From IMG/VR virus record IMGVR_UViG_3300029171_000011, positions 1 to 51,812 of that record: a DNA stretch of 51,812 nucleotides. The stretch is one strand, 5' to 3'. The DNA is from a virus (taxonomy: Duplodnaviria > Caudoviricetes). Below are positions 9,123-17,868 of the stretch, in pieces. The notes beneath the pieces were generated by a model. The model did no database searches. It had not been told where the DNA came from and saw only the letters and a program-made list of their open reading frames with translations. The position numbers and the translations under genes are program-made. How positions within the stretch are numbered: position 1 is the first letter of the stretch; the number at the start of each line of letters is the position of its first letter.

Positions 9123-9551
9123 ATGGCAACCATTGCAACAGTAAAGTATAACGACCTCCGGGACACCAAGAACGGGCAAAAGCGGGCGCTAAAAGTAGAA
9201 GCCCCTGGCCAATCCGAAATGGTAACGATCTGGTTAAACCCGGATCAAGGCGAACACTACAAAAAAGGCGACCAAATCGGCATTGAGCAAAAGGGCGCGT
9301 TTTGGAACATGTGCAAAGACCAACCCACCACCGGCGCTCCGATTCCCCCCGCCCCCGCAACGCCGCCGACAGGCAACGGGTACACGCCGCCGGTTGCTGA
9401 CCCCGCTACGTTATTGCGCCGTGCGCAGGAATACACTACCCTGTATTTGCAAATCGCCCGGCAGGTTCGGGAAGACGCAACGTTCGCAATGGAACCGGGG
9501 CAAGTTATCGCAAGCGCCGCCGCTACGATCTTCATTCAATTACGCCCTTAA
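9123..9551 (+). CDS. Hypothetical protein (possible OB-fold/ssDNA-binding N-terminus)
   Basis: 142 aa; beta-rich N-terminus, Pro linker, helical C-terminus; function is a guess. Confidence 0.6.
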   Translation: MATIATVKYNDLRDTKNGQKRALKVEAPGQSEMVTIWLNPDQGEHYKKGDQIGIEQKGAFWNMCKDQPTTGAPIPPAPATPPTGNGYTPPVADPATLLRRAQEYTTLYLQIARQVREDATFAMEPGQVIASAAATIFIQLRP

Positions 9552-9606
9552 CTCATCCCTTTACCCGCCGGGGGCCTGAACGGGTGCCCGGCTAAAAACT
9601 TACACC

Positions 9607-10506
9607 GTGACAGACCTACAACTTTCAATAGAGCAATTCAACCCGCCCGTTGTGGTTGCCGCTGATCTTACCCTTGCCTTCAAAGACTTCTTTGCCCAAA
9701 TGAAGCAATGGGAAGAAAAAGCCGCTACCCTGATTGTCAAAGATGAAACCCAAACCGGGCTAATGTTTGAGGCCGGGGTAGCACGTAAAGCCCTTGCCGC
9801 TATCCGCATCGCCGTTGAAAAGCAGCGCAAGGTGATGAAAGAGGACAGCCTTCGCACCGGCCAAGCCATTGACGGCGTGGCGAAGATGATGAAAGAACGC
9901 ATTGAGGCGGTAGAGGCACACCTTGCCGCGCAGGAGAACTTCATCGTCAACCGGGAAGCCGCCCGCGTCGAAGCCCTGCGCGTGGAACGGTACAATTTAA
10001 TCCTTCCGTACCTCGTGCCGGAAATCCTGCCTACTCCGTACCCTGTATGGGGCGAAATGCACGAAGATGATTTTGCCGCAACTTTACACGCCGCGCAAGA
10101 TAAAGCCCGGCAGATCGAAGCGGAGCGGCTTGCACGGGTCGAAAAGGAACGAGCGGAACGGGCGGAACTGGAACGGTTGCGGGTGGAGCAGGTAGAGCGG
10201 GAAGCCATTCTTGAACAAGCGCTTGCCGCGCAACGTGAAGCGGAACGGGAACGGGATGAACTACGCAAGGCGCAAGAAGCCGTGCAGTTCATTCACGCGC
10301 AAGACAAGCAACCTACCCCGCCCGCGCCGGAGGTAGAAACGCCACCGGCGCAAACCGACCGGGAAAAGCTCCGGGCGTATGGCGCGGGGTTGTTACAGGT
10401 GCCGTGCGCACCGATCCAAGACCCTGCGATGCGGAAGGTATTGCAGGACGTGAAAATCCTGCTGGCAAAAGTTGATAAATTCATCGAACAAAAAACAGCG
10501 CAATGA
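9607..10506 (+). CDS. Phage coiled-coil protein (DUF1351-like)
   Basis: 299 aa, long E/R/A/K helices; ARKALAAIRIAVEKQRK...IDGVAK pattern seen in phage recombination regions. Confidence 0.65.
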   Translation: MTDLQLSIEQFNPPVVVAADLTLAFKDFFAQMKQWEEKAATLIVKDETQTGLMFEAGVARKALAAIRIAVEKQRKVMKEDSLRTGQAIDGVAKMMKERIEAVEAHLAAQENFIVNREAARVEALRVERYNLILPYLVPEILPTPYPVWGEMHEDDFAATLHAAQDKARQIEAERLARVEKERAERAELERLRVEQVEREAILEQALAAQREAERERDELRKAQEAVQFIHAQDKQPTPPAPEVETPPAQTDREKLRAYGAGLLQVPCAPIQDPAMRKVLQDVKILLAKVDKFIEQKTAQ

Positions 10507-10766
10507 ACAAACACAAATTAAACAGCGATGAAAGGCTTGCCGCCATGCAGGAGCGGATTGACCGCCTTTCCGATCATTCCTCACTTGCACAGCAGATGCA
10601 GGTTTGCGCACGTGACCGTGACACATTTGCGGATATGCTTAATTGTGTAATTGATGAGCGGGATGAGTTGCGGGCAAGGGTAGCGGAACTGGAAGCGCGG
10701 ATTGTTGCATTGCAAGAATCGCTTGCGCCTTTTATGACCGTTAAAATTAACAACCATGAACGATAG
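10503..10766 (+). CDS. Hypothetical coiled-coil protein
   Basis: 87-aa ORF, ATGA coupled. Confidence 0.65.
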   Translation: MNKHKLNSDERLAAMQERIDRLSDHSSLAQQMQVCARDRDTFADMLNCVIDERDELRARVAELEARIVALQESLAPFMTVKINNHER

Positions 10767-11178
10767 ATGCACCTCCGCCACCGCCCGGCGGTTGAAAGAA
10801 CTGGGCTTTGAGCAACCAGTCCCGGCACCGGGGCAGGTGTGGTATGATACAGAAGGCGACGCCCTTATCGTTTTTCGTGTCACCGGGTCGCAGGTGGAAA
10901 GCGTTACCGACAAAGAGGGCGTAGTGCTTCCTGTTGTGACGGGGCTGCACTGGATGCGCACCCGGTTTACCTACGCCCCCACCGCCCCGGACATCCTGCG
11001 GGAGTTGGGGGCGGGGCATGCGCTTACCAATTCAATAGACGGGTCAACTTGGCTATGCGATTTTATGGAATCCACAGCGCAGACCACACCGTTCCACAAA
11101 GTTACGCTTCTTGCATTTCACGAAAACCCCGCCGAAGCCTGCGCCGAGGCGTGGGAGGCAAAACAGAAACAGCCATGA
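10756..11178 (+). CDS. Hypothetical protein
   Basis: 140 aa; ATARRLKELGF...APTAPDILREL...NPAEACAEAW small phage protein pattern. Confidence 0.7.
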   Translation: MNDRCTSATARRLKELGFEQPVPAPGQVWYDTEGDALIVFRVTGSQVESVTDKEGVVLPVVTGLHWMRTRFTYAPTAPDILRELGAGHALTNSIDGSTWLCDFMESTAQTTPFHKVTLLAFHENPAEACAEAWEAKQKQP

Positions 11179-11354
11179 CCGAACCGATTAAAAACGTATC
11201 TGACCTCCAAATACAGGAAGGGGTTAAAAACAAGGCGACGGGAGAAATCTATATTGTTGTCCGAATCCTACCAAACGGTTCCCGCGTAGCTGTTCACCAT
11301 GCCGTTATAACGGGCGATGATTTAGGCAATTGGGAGAAATACATCGGACCATGA
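11175..11354 (+). CDS. Hypothetical protein
   Basis: 59 aa, ATGA coupled on both sides. Confidence 0.6.
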   Translation: MTEPIKNVSDLQIQEGVKNKATGEIYIVVRILPNGSRVAVHHAVITGDDLGNWEKYIGP

Positions 11355-11764
11355 CCCCGCAACGCATCACCCCCGCCCGCATCACGTCCCCGGCACCGAA
11401 CGAGGTGGTCGTATTCGGTTCAAACTTGCAGGGGATCATGGGCGCGGGGATGGCCTTACAAGCCCTCGCATGGGGTGCCGTACCAGGTCAGGGACTTGGA
11501 AGGGCCGGGCAAACGTGGGCGCTGCCTACAAAAGAAACCCCGTGGAAAACACTACCACTGCCCCGCATCGCAATCTACGTCACGGAGCTATGGCAGGATG
11601 TTAAACGTGCGCGTATCATTGAACCCGATACAGTGTTTCTCATTCCCCTTGTCGGGTGCGGCCTTGCTGGTTACACGCCGGAACAGATTGCGCCGTTGTT
11701 TCGCCGGTTCCTGGAGCTGGAAAACGTGGCGCTGCCGATTGAATTTATTAACATTTTAAACTGA
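11351..11764 (+). CDS. Macrodomain-like phage protein (A1S_2505-like family)
   Basis: VFGSNLQGIMGAGMA...WALPTK...PLVGCGLAGY motifs. Confidence 0.75.
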   Translation: MTPQRITPARITSPAPNEVVVFGSNLQGIMGAGMALQALAWGAVPGQGLGRAGQTWALPTKETPWKTLPLPRIAIYVTELWQDVKRARIIEPDTVFLIPLVGCGLAGYTPEQIAPLFRRFLELENVALPIEFINILN

Positions 11765-11771
11765 TAGAGCG

Positions 11772-12125
11772 ATGAATGAAATAAACTTTCAAGACGAAAA
11801 CCACCTTTCCGGCCCCCGTGCTGACTGGGACACCGAACAGTGGCTTACCGAGTTTTTCGAGTTCCTGCAAGGCGAGATGCCGGAAGGGATGAGCATGACG
11901 CGCGGTCACGCCCCGAAAATGTCTGCAAAAAAAGCGTTTGCTATAATCTGGTACTTGCAAGAACACATGCGCGTTTTGCCAGACCGAATTGACCAGTGTT
12001 GGAGTTGTGGAGAGTTGTTTGATTCGCACTCCGAAGGATTGTATTGGGAAAGCAAAGGCCGTAACTATTGCGGGTGCTGCCAGCACGAAGTCCCTGCAAA
12101 TTACGACAACAACATGCGCCAATGA
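11772..12125 (+). CDS. Hypothetical protein with C-terminal CxxC...CxxC zinc site
   Basis: 117 aa; CWSC and CGCC motifs. Confidence 0.65.
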   Translation: MNEINFQDENHLSGPRADWDTEQWLTEFFEFLQGEMPEGMSMTRGHAPKMSAKKAFAIIWYLQEHMRVLPDRIDQCWSCGELFDSHSEGLYWESKGRNYCGCCQHEVPANYDNNMRQ

Positions 12126-12200
12126 CCAAACCCTGCGCCCGCATCGGCGTGGGTGGGACGGGGAGGTAAGCCGCGCGGCTCCGGCTTTCCCGTCTCTTTT

Positions 12201-12264
12201 TCGACCAACGCCCGCATTTTCCCGACCAGTCGAGTTGCGCGCAACGAAAAAAGGCGTATCTTTG
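12201..12264 (+). promoter_or_regulatory. Promoter P4 with inverted box pair, upstream of tRNA/replication region
   Basis: TCGACCAA (12201)/CCGACCAG (12222) are reverse-complement boxes with 21-bp period; TATCTTTG at 12257. Confidence 0.65.
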
Positions 12265-12338
12265 TGGGGCTGGGACAGTTAGCAGATGTAGGTCGCCCGT
12301 CGAAACGGTGGACGCAAAGGCAGAGACGCCAGCAAAAC

Positions 12339-12410
12339 GAGTGTGTAGCTCAAGTGTTAGAGCGCCGGTCTCCAAAACCGGAGGTTGGGGGGTCGCTCCT
12401 TCCGCACTCG
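12339..12410 (+). tRNA. tRNA-Trp(CCA) with non-canonical T-loop
   Basis: Acceptor GAGTGTG/CGCACTC, D-arm GCTC/GAGC, anticodon arm CCGGT-CTCCAAA-ACCGG; T-loop GTCGCT instead of TTCGAAT. Confidence 0.75.
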
Positions 12411-12480
12411 CATAAAATAGCGCCCCTATGATCCGGCTTGCCGGGGAGGGGCTAAGGCAAAACACACTATGAGCAAGCCA

Positions 12481-12562
12481 TATTCTTTTTGTAGCTCAAA
12501 ACGGTAGAGTACCCGGCGCAGTTGCATGGTTTATCCGGTCTCGATAGCCGGCAAAAGGAATA
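12481..12562 (+). ncRNA. tRNA-like RNA without a normal anticodon arm
   Basis: 11-bp closing stem, GTAGCTCAAAACGGTAGAGT D-arm, CCGG-TCTCGATAG-CCGG T-like arm. Confidence 0.5.
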
Positions 12563-12647
12563 TAATTTAAGCCGACCCCGCCCGCCCACAGCGCGGAACG
12601 GGGCCGCAACAAGTCCCTGGCTCTTGGAGCCGGGGCAAGACATAGAG

Positions 12648-12748
12648 AACGATCTTATTCGACGTGGAAAGCGGGCAAGATCGTTGATTATAATTTGTTA
12701 GTCGCAAGACGCCCGAAAACCCGGCCTTTCCACCATGCGCCGGGTTTT
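12648..12748 (+). promoter_or_regulatory. Two hairpins with complementary loops in the replication-gene leader
   Basis: Stem AACGATCTT/AAGATCGTT with loop GTGGAAAG; stem AAAACCCGG/CCGGGTTTT with loop CTTTCCAC. Confidence 0.6.
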
Positions 12749-12776
12749 TCATTTTGTAAACATTATAATCAACGAT

Positions 12777-13790
12777 ATGATAAACATTCATCACAACCTG
12801 ATCAGGGAAGACCTAAAAGTAATAGGTTCCGACGGCCTCACCGTCCTGCTGGTTATCGCCTCGTTTATTGGCAAAGATCGCAGCGCCTTCCCTAAATTTC
12901 AGACAGTCAAAACCATGTGCGGGCTATCCAAAGAACGCACTTACAAAGCCATTGCCACCTTGCAGAACACCGGATATTTAGAACGGTCACAAGAGAACAT
13001 AGCCGGGGAATGGGGTAAGGTGACGTACCGAATTGCCACCGACAAATTGGGTATCTGGATCAATGCAAATGAGTTTGAACTGGAAGAAGAAGATAACCGC
13101 TTGCCGGAAAACCGGAATACGGATATGCGGCACCCGGAAACCCGGCAAGCATTAAGTATTGGTCAAGAAGGAAGTATTGGTCAAGATAAAGAGAATGTGC
13201 AAAACGATGTTTTGCCCGCTCCCTTTGAAAACTTCTGGGAACAATTCGGTTATAAAAAGAACAGGAAGAAAGCCCTATCCGCTTTTAACCGCCTGACCAA
13301 AGCCAATCAAAAACTTTGCGTCGAAATGATCCCGGCGTACCTCCAATTTATCGCCGCCACCGGCACCCCGCAAATGCACCCCACCACCTGGATAAACGGG
13401 GAGCGGTGGAACGATGATTTCACTATCCCCGCCGGGGGCAAGAAAGTAGTTAACACCGACGCGGCACTAAAGGACTGCGATCTACCTGAACAATTACAGC
13501 CGCTTTACGGCGCGTACATTTCCGGCATGATCGAAAAGTTTCCGGCGCTGTGGAAAAGCGAATGCCGGGTGCTGTCACAAAGCGAATGGGCATTATTTCA
13601 GGACGCCGGGCATCTGACCGCCGCGCAGCGCATCGCCATGACTCCAGAGAACGCGGCAAAGGCGCGGGGCGATGTTCACCGGATGCTGAATGAAAAGCCT
13701 TTTGAAAGGCAGAACTTTTCCACCGTGTACGATGCAATTGTGGCGGCTTATATTCATGTTTGTAACGGACAAAACGCAACAACGATATGA
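12777..13790 (+). CDS. Phage replication initiator (N-terminal wHTH)
   Basis: AFPKFQTVKTMCGLSKERTYKAIATLQNTGYL HTH; FENFWEQFGYKKNRKKA...HPTTWINGERWND motif of phage O-like proteins. Confidence 0.85.
   Translation: MINIHHNLIREDLKVIGSDGLTVLLVIASFIGKDRSAFPKFQTVKTMCGLSKERTYKAIATLQNTGYLERSQENIAGEWGKVTYRIATDKLGIWINANEFELEEEDNRLPENRNTDMRHPETRQALSIGQEGSIGQDKENVQNDVLPAPFENFWEQFGYKKNRKKALSAFNRLTKANQKLCVEMIPAYLQFIAATGTPQMHPTTWINGERWNDDFTIPAGGKKVVNTDAALKDCDLPEQLQPLYGAYISGMIEKFPALWKSECRVLSQSEWALFQDAGHLTAAQRIAMTPENAAKARGDVHRMLNEKPFERQNFSTVYDAIVAAYIHVCNGQNATTI
13104..13186. repeat. Candidate iterons/replication origin inside the initiator gene
   Basis: CCGGAAA(A/C)CCGG twice and AAGTATTGGTCAAGA twice (13154, 13172) in the linker-coding region. 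Confidence 0.5.
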
Positions 13791-13903
13791 AACCAATAAG
13801 CGAAGTTTTCCACCGTGTACGATGCAATTGTGGCGGCTTATATTCATGTTTGTAACGGACAAAACGCAACAACGATATGAAACCAATAAGCGAAGTTTTC
13901 CAC
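13716..13903. repeat. Perfect 90-bp tandem duplication bounded by TTTTCCAC microhomology
   Basis: 13716-13805 = 13806-13895; TTTTCCAC again at 13896. Confidence 0.95.
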
Positions 13904-14599
13904 GGGGATTGCATGGCGTTTATGTCGGGGTTGCCGGATGGATTCTATGATCTTGCCGTTTGCGATCCGCCCTATGGGATAGGTGAAACGGCAAAAAGGG
14001 CAAAAGAAAGGGTGACTAAAAAAGTTAATAAAAAGTGGATAGGCCGAAAAGCTCCTAATTATGGCGGTTCTGATTTGTGGGATAGTTGCCCACCACCGCC
14101 TGAATATTTTACTGAACTGAAAAGGATTTCAAAAAATCAAATTATATGGGGCGCAAATCATTTTGGTTTAATGCCGCCAAGTAGCGCGTGGATTGTGTGG
14201 TATAAAAAACGATTTGATGAGGTGAATGATTTTAGTGATGCTGAACTTGCTTACACATCATTTAAGACTGGATGCCGATTATTCCATTTTCCGTGGATTG
14301 GATTTGGCGCAGTTAACGCTAAAGAACAGCGCATCCACCCCACGCAAAAGCCCGTCGCCCTATATGAATGGATACTGCGCAACTATGCCAAGCCCGGCGA
14401 CAAAATCCTGGACACGCATTTGGGTTCCCAATCTTCCCGAATAGCCGCCTACAAATTAGGCTTTGACTTTTGGGGCTGCGAAATTGACAAAGATTATATC
14501 CGGGAAGGAAACGCCCGCTTTGAAAAAGAAATAGCCATGCCGCTTTTTGATGCTCCGAAACCCGCCCTCCAGTCACACCTAAACTTTGATGCCCTATGA
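13877..14599 (+). CDS. DNA adenine/N4-cytosine methyltransferase (beta class)
   Basis: DPPY motif IV, HPTQKP, then LDTHLGS motif I. Confidence 0.92.
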   Translation: MKPISEVFHGDCMAFMSGLPDGFYDLAVCDPPYGIGETAKRAKERVTKKVNKKWIGRKAPNYGGSDLWDSCPPPPEYFTELKRISKNQIIWGANHFGLMPPSSAWIVWYKKRFDEVNDFSDAELAYTSFKTGCRLFHFPWIGFGAVNAKEQRIHPTQKPVALYEWILRNYAKPGDKILDTHLGSQSSRIAAYKLGFDFWGCEIDKDYIREGNARFEKEIAMPLFDAPKPALQSHLNFDAL

Positions 14600-16467
14600 C
14601 GCCCGACAGCATCCTAAACGTGGAGGTGTCCGCTTACCCGGACTACCACACCACCGAAGCTAAAACAATAAACCTGCTAACGTTCCTGCAAAGCGAAAAG
14701 CACCGGGCAAAAGTGGACGCAGTACGTCAAGCCCCCGACAAGGAAAAGAGGGACGCAATCAAAGCAACCCTTCCCGCCATCACCCCGTCCGGCACGTTCA
14801 CGGCAAGGAGCGGGGACAAGCTGACCAAACACAGCGGGTTCATTCAGTTCGATATTGACGCGAAGGAAAACCCCGGACTTTTCGGAGGGTGCGAAACCTT
14901 GCAAGACTATGCCGCCGTAATCAAAGAACTAAAAAACGACATGGGGGCATTCCTTCCGTTCGTGGCATACGCCGCCGCTTCTGTATCGGGCCGGGGGGTA
15001 TGGGGATTAATCCCGCTTTCCGACCCAACGCAGCACAAGGCGCATTTCCGATCTATGCAGCGCGATTTTGCGCAGATGGGAATAAAGATAGACGCCGCCC
15101 CCTCTTCCGTTGCAAGCCTTCGCGGGTACAGCTACGACCCGACCGCCTACTTTAACCACCACGCGGACAAGTACACAGGGCTGGAAGCGGAACAAAGAGC
15201 GGAAGCCCCGAAGATCGAACGCCCCGCCCCCGCACAAACCCAAGACGGGTATATCACAGATCAGGAGCGGGTTGAAAAAATGGTTGCCCACATCGCCGGT
15301 ACGGGAAAGGACATAACGAACGGGTACGAAAACTGGTTTAAGATCGCCGGAGCTTTGTCGTCCGCCTTCGGGGAATGGGGCCGGGCGTACTTCCATGATC
15401 TTTCCCGCAACAACCTCGAATATGACGGGCGTAAAACAGACAAGCAGTTCGACGCCTGCCTGCGCGGGAAGGGGTACGGGATCGGGACGTTTTACCAAGT
15501 TTGTGAACAGCACGGGTTCAGATACAAAGAAATCGTACCCCTGCCCGAACGATACGACAAGCTGCCGGGGCGGATCATTCAGTTGCCGGGGCAGGAAGGG
15601 GAAGAAAAACGCCCGGCATTCGATCCGATGGGGTGGGTTATGTCGCACGAATACGACCCTACCAAACCACGGGTGCAAGTTCCGGCGGTGCTTTCTCTGC
15701 GCATAGACGGCAAGGATTACCCGATACTTGGCAAGGGTATGATCTGCGCAATTGTGGCAGAGGAAAAGGCGGGAAAGACAACGCTTGCCAATGCCGCTAT
15801 CGCCGCCGCAATTTCAGGCTTTCCGAAACTCAACTTTTTTGCAGATATGCCGGACGGGATCGAGTGCTTTGATACCGAGCAGCCCGATTACTGGTTTGAA
15901 GGCAACCAGGCGATGATTTACCGAATGGCCGGTCTAAAAGAAAAGACCGCCCGCTACCGGGCTTTCCCCATGCGCCCGCTTTCCCCGGCGGAACGGGTGG
16001 CAGTGATTGATGCCCGCCTGCGGGGCCGGAAAGACCTTTCTTTGGTTGTGATTGACGGGTTGGTTGACCTTTGTACGAATTTCAACGATGAGCGGGCGGC
16101 ATCCGAAACACTCCAGCACTTGATGCGTTGGTCGGATGAAACCGGGGCGGCAATAATCACCATGCTGCACCTAACGAAAGGCAGCCGGTTTATGCGCGGG
16201 CATTTGGGGTCAATATTGAAACAGAAAGCAGACAGCGGGATAATGCTTACCCACAAAGAGGGGGAGGCAAATTATGACGTGAGGTGTCACTTTGGAAGAT
16301 ACGCCCCCTTCCCGGCTTGGTCGTTTTACCGGGATCGGGACGGGATGCCGTGCCTTTCGCACCCGGACGCGCTGCCAGAAAGACAAGACGATCCGTACCC
16401 GGTGCCGGTGCAAATGTCCATGCCGATTGTTTCCCGGCGCAACGATGATGATGATATTCCTTTTTAA
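14596..16467 (+). CDS. Primase-helicase fusion (BT4734/VirE_N + PriCT-2 + RecA-like ATPase)
   Basis: KATLPAITPSGTF...FIQFDID and SVSGRG; YENWFKIAGAL PriCT-2; AEEKAGKT Walker A, VVIDG Walker B, RGHLGS. Confidence 0.88.
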   Translation: MTPDSILNVEVSAYPDYHTTEAKTINLLTFLQSEKHRAKVDAVRQAPDKEKRDAIKATLPAITPSGTFTARSGDKLTKHSGFIQFDIDAKENPGLFGGCETLQDYAAVIKELKNDMGAFLPFVAYAAASVSGRGVWGLIPLSDPTQHKAHFRSMQRDFAQMGIKIDAAPSSVASLRGYSYDPTAYFNHHADKYTGLEAEQRAEAPKIERPAPAQTQDGYITDQERVEKMVAHIAGTGKDITNGYENWFKIAGALSSAFGEWGRAYFHDLSRNNLEYDGRKTDKQFDACLRGKGYGIGTFYQVCEQHGFRYKEIVPLPERYDKLPGRIIQLPGQEGEEKRPAFDPMGWVMSHEYDPTKPRVQVPAVLSLRIDGKDYPILGKGMICAIVAEEKAGKTTLANAAIAAAISGFPKLNFFADMPDGIECFDTEQPDYWFEGNQAMIYRMAGLKEKTARYRAFPMRPLSPAERVAVIDARLRGRKDLSLVVIDGLVDLCTNFNDERAASETLQHLMRWSDETGAAIITMLHLTKGSRFMRGHLGSILKQKADSGIMLTHKEGEANYDVRCHFGRYAPFPAWSFYRDRDGMPCLSHPDALPERQDDPYPVPVQMSMPIVSRRNDDDDIPF

Positions 16468-16576
16468 TCACTAAAACTTTAAAAGCATGACACATGCCGA
16501 AGCCGCTTTCGGCTATTCTGGAAGATGGGTTTGTTATGTTCGATGATTAGATTGCCCCGTCCCCCGCTTTTCCGTC

Positions 16577-16643
16577 TTGGTCGGTTATTTGCCGGGGTTG
16601 GTCGAAGAAAGTTTGTTTTTGCGGGGGCGGGGTGGTATATTTG
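16577..16643 (+). promoter_or_regulatory. Boxed promoter P5
   Basis: TTGGTCGG (16577)/TTGGTCGA (16598), TATATTTG 16636. Confidence 0.8.
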
Positions 16644-16744
16644 GGTATCAATTAACTGAGGCACTGCCGACGTGCAACCGTGTAGGGCGCATGGAAGGCA
16701 GTGCAGGGTTATGCGGTATTCTTTCACACATTCAACTCAAAAAA

Positions 16745-17008
16745 ATGAGCAAGAAAAAAGTATCAGACTTTGAAATCATGGACAAAATAGCGAGCGAAGG
16801 AAGCGCAGATGGTATTGCAATGTTCCCCGACTTATTGCGTGGCAATTTGACAAAAAAAGGAGGCGAGATAACGTTCGGCGTTCCCGCTGATGCGCTGCAA
16901 TGGACGCTCAAAGGCTCTCATTACTTCATCTTATACGCGGTCAAAAAGGAAGATTACAAACGAGTTAAAGATGAACTTGAAACACCTGCTGATGTAATTC
17001 CCGCATAA
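16745..17008 (+). CDS. Hypothetical protein
   Basis: 87 aa from ATG 16745 with A-rich leader. Confidence 0.65.
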   Translation: MSKKKVSDFEIMDKIASEGSADGIAMFPDLLRGNLTKKGGEITFGVPADALQWTLKGSHYFILYAVKKEDYKRVKDELETPADVIPA

Positions 17009-17024
17009 CAACAACCTAACGACA

Positions 17025-17222
17025 ATGAAACCTTATAATAAATTCGCAGACAAATTCGGCAACCAGTACGGGTTTGATAATTACATGGACTTTGCAAAAT
17101 TCTGGTTCAATCTTTCTTATCGGGTTCAGGTAAGCCACTTTCCAGAAAACCGCGCCGTATTGCAACGCGCCGCTGCAAATTCCAAAGAAGCGAGAACGAA
17201 AATCAATTGCCCGGCACAGTAG
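17025..17222 (+). CDS. Hypothetical protein
   Basis: 65-aa ORF. Confidence 0.6.
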   Translation: MKPYNKFADKFGNQYGFDNYMDFAKFWFNLSYRVQVSHFPENRAVLQRAAANSKEARTKINCPAQ

Positions 17223-17364
17223 CAAGACACCTATCCACCGAGGCCACCCCACGCGGGAACGGTGGAGCCGCAAGGCGGCAAGGCCAAACCGAATCTTAAC
17301 CGATTCAATGACACAACCCGCCGGGCAAATCTAAAGGGGTTTGATTGAAACCCGGCGGGAAAAC

Positions 17365-17483
17365 GGACAGGTGGTGGAATTTGGTAGACACGATCCCCGT
17401 ATCTTGGCAGGCGAAGTGCAGTCGTTTAACAGCGCAGGATTCTTAGCAGGTAGCCAATCCCGGTTCGAGTCCGGGCCTGTCCA
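17365..17483 (+). ncRNA. tRNA-Leu-like shell with enlarged anticodon/variable region
   Basis: Acceptor GGACAGG/CCTGTCC-A, D-arm TGGTGGAATTTGGTAGACAC, T-arm CCCGG-TTCGAGT-CCGGG; about 65 nt between D and T arms. Confidence 0.7.
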
Positions 17484-17599
17484 CAACAAAGAAGTGTTCC
17501 GCAAGTAAACGCCGGATAAAAACAGGGTGGGAGACCCATGCGCGACCGGTGCCGCTCGAAGACGTTCAAGCTCGTGACACCCCGGAAAGACGGGGAAAC

Positions 17600-17684
17600 G
17601 GAAAGATGGGTGAGTGGCTTAAACCACCTGTTTGCTAAACAGGAGCGTGTAACAGCGCCGCAGGTTCAAATCCTGCTCTTTCCG
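17600..17684 (+). tRNA. tRNA-Ser(GCT)
   Basis: GGAAAGA/TCTTTCC-G acceptor, CCTGT-TTGCTAA-ACAGG anticodon arm, long variable arm, GCAGG-TTCAAAT-CCTGC. Confidence 0.93.
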
Positions 17685-17784
17685 CATAGATTACATTTTG
17701 TTTCCCCGGCGAACTGCTGCAAAGGTAGCGCCGGGGAGTTTGAAAAGGGCGGTTTGAAACACGGTGTTTCGCTGTCGGCAGACA

Positions 17785-17868
17785 GACGCGCCAATGTAAG
17801 CGTGGAGTGCGCACAATACGCAAAGCATTGGATTTACGTAAGGCGGTTCGAGTCCGTCACCGCGTCCA
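17785..17868 (+). ncRNA. tRNA-like RNA with T-arm and acceptor-like stem but no D-arm
   Basis: GACGCG/CGCGTC, GGCGG-TTCGAGT-CCGTC, internal CCAATG/CATTGG hairpin. Confidence 0.5.

Noticed and set aside
12268-12333. c-di-GMP-I riboswitch-like string (CGAAAC...GGACGCAAAG)
   Set aside because: Only part of P1 resembles the motif; the 5' GGCAAA segment and P2 receptor stem are not evident. A cmscan against Rfam would settle it
13690-13950. ORFs with repeated peptide across the 90-bp duplication
   Set aside because: By-products of the tandem repeat in alternative frames overlapping rep and the MTase
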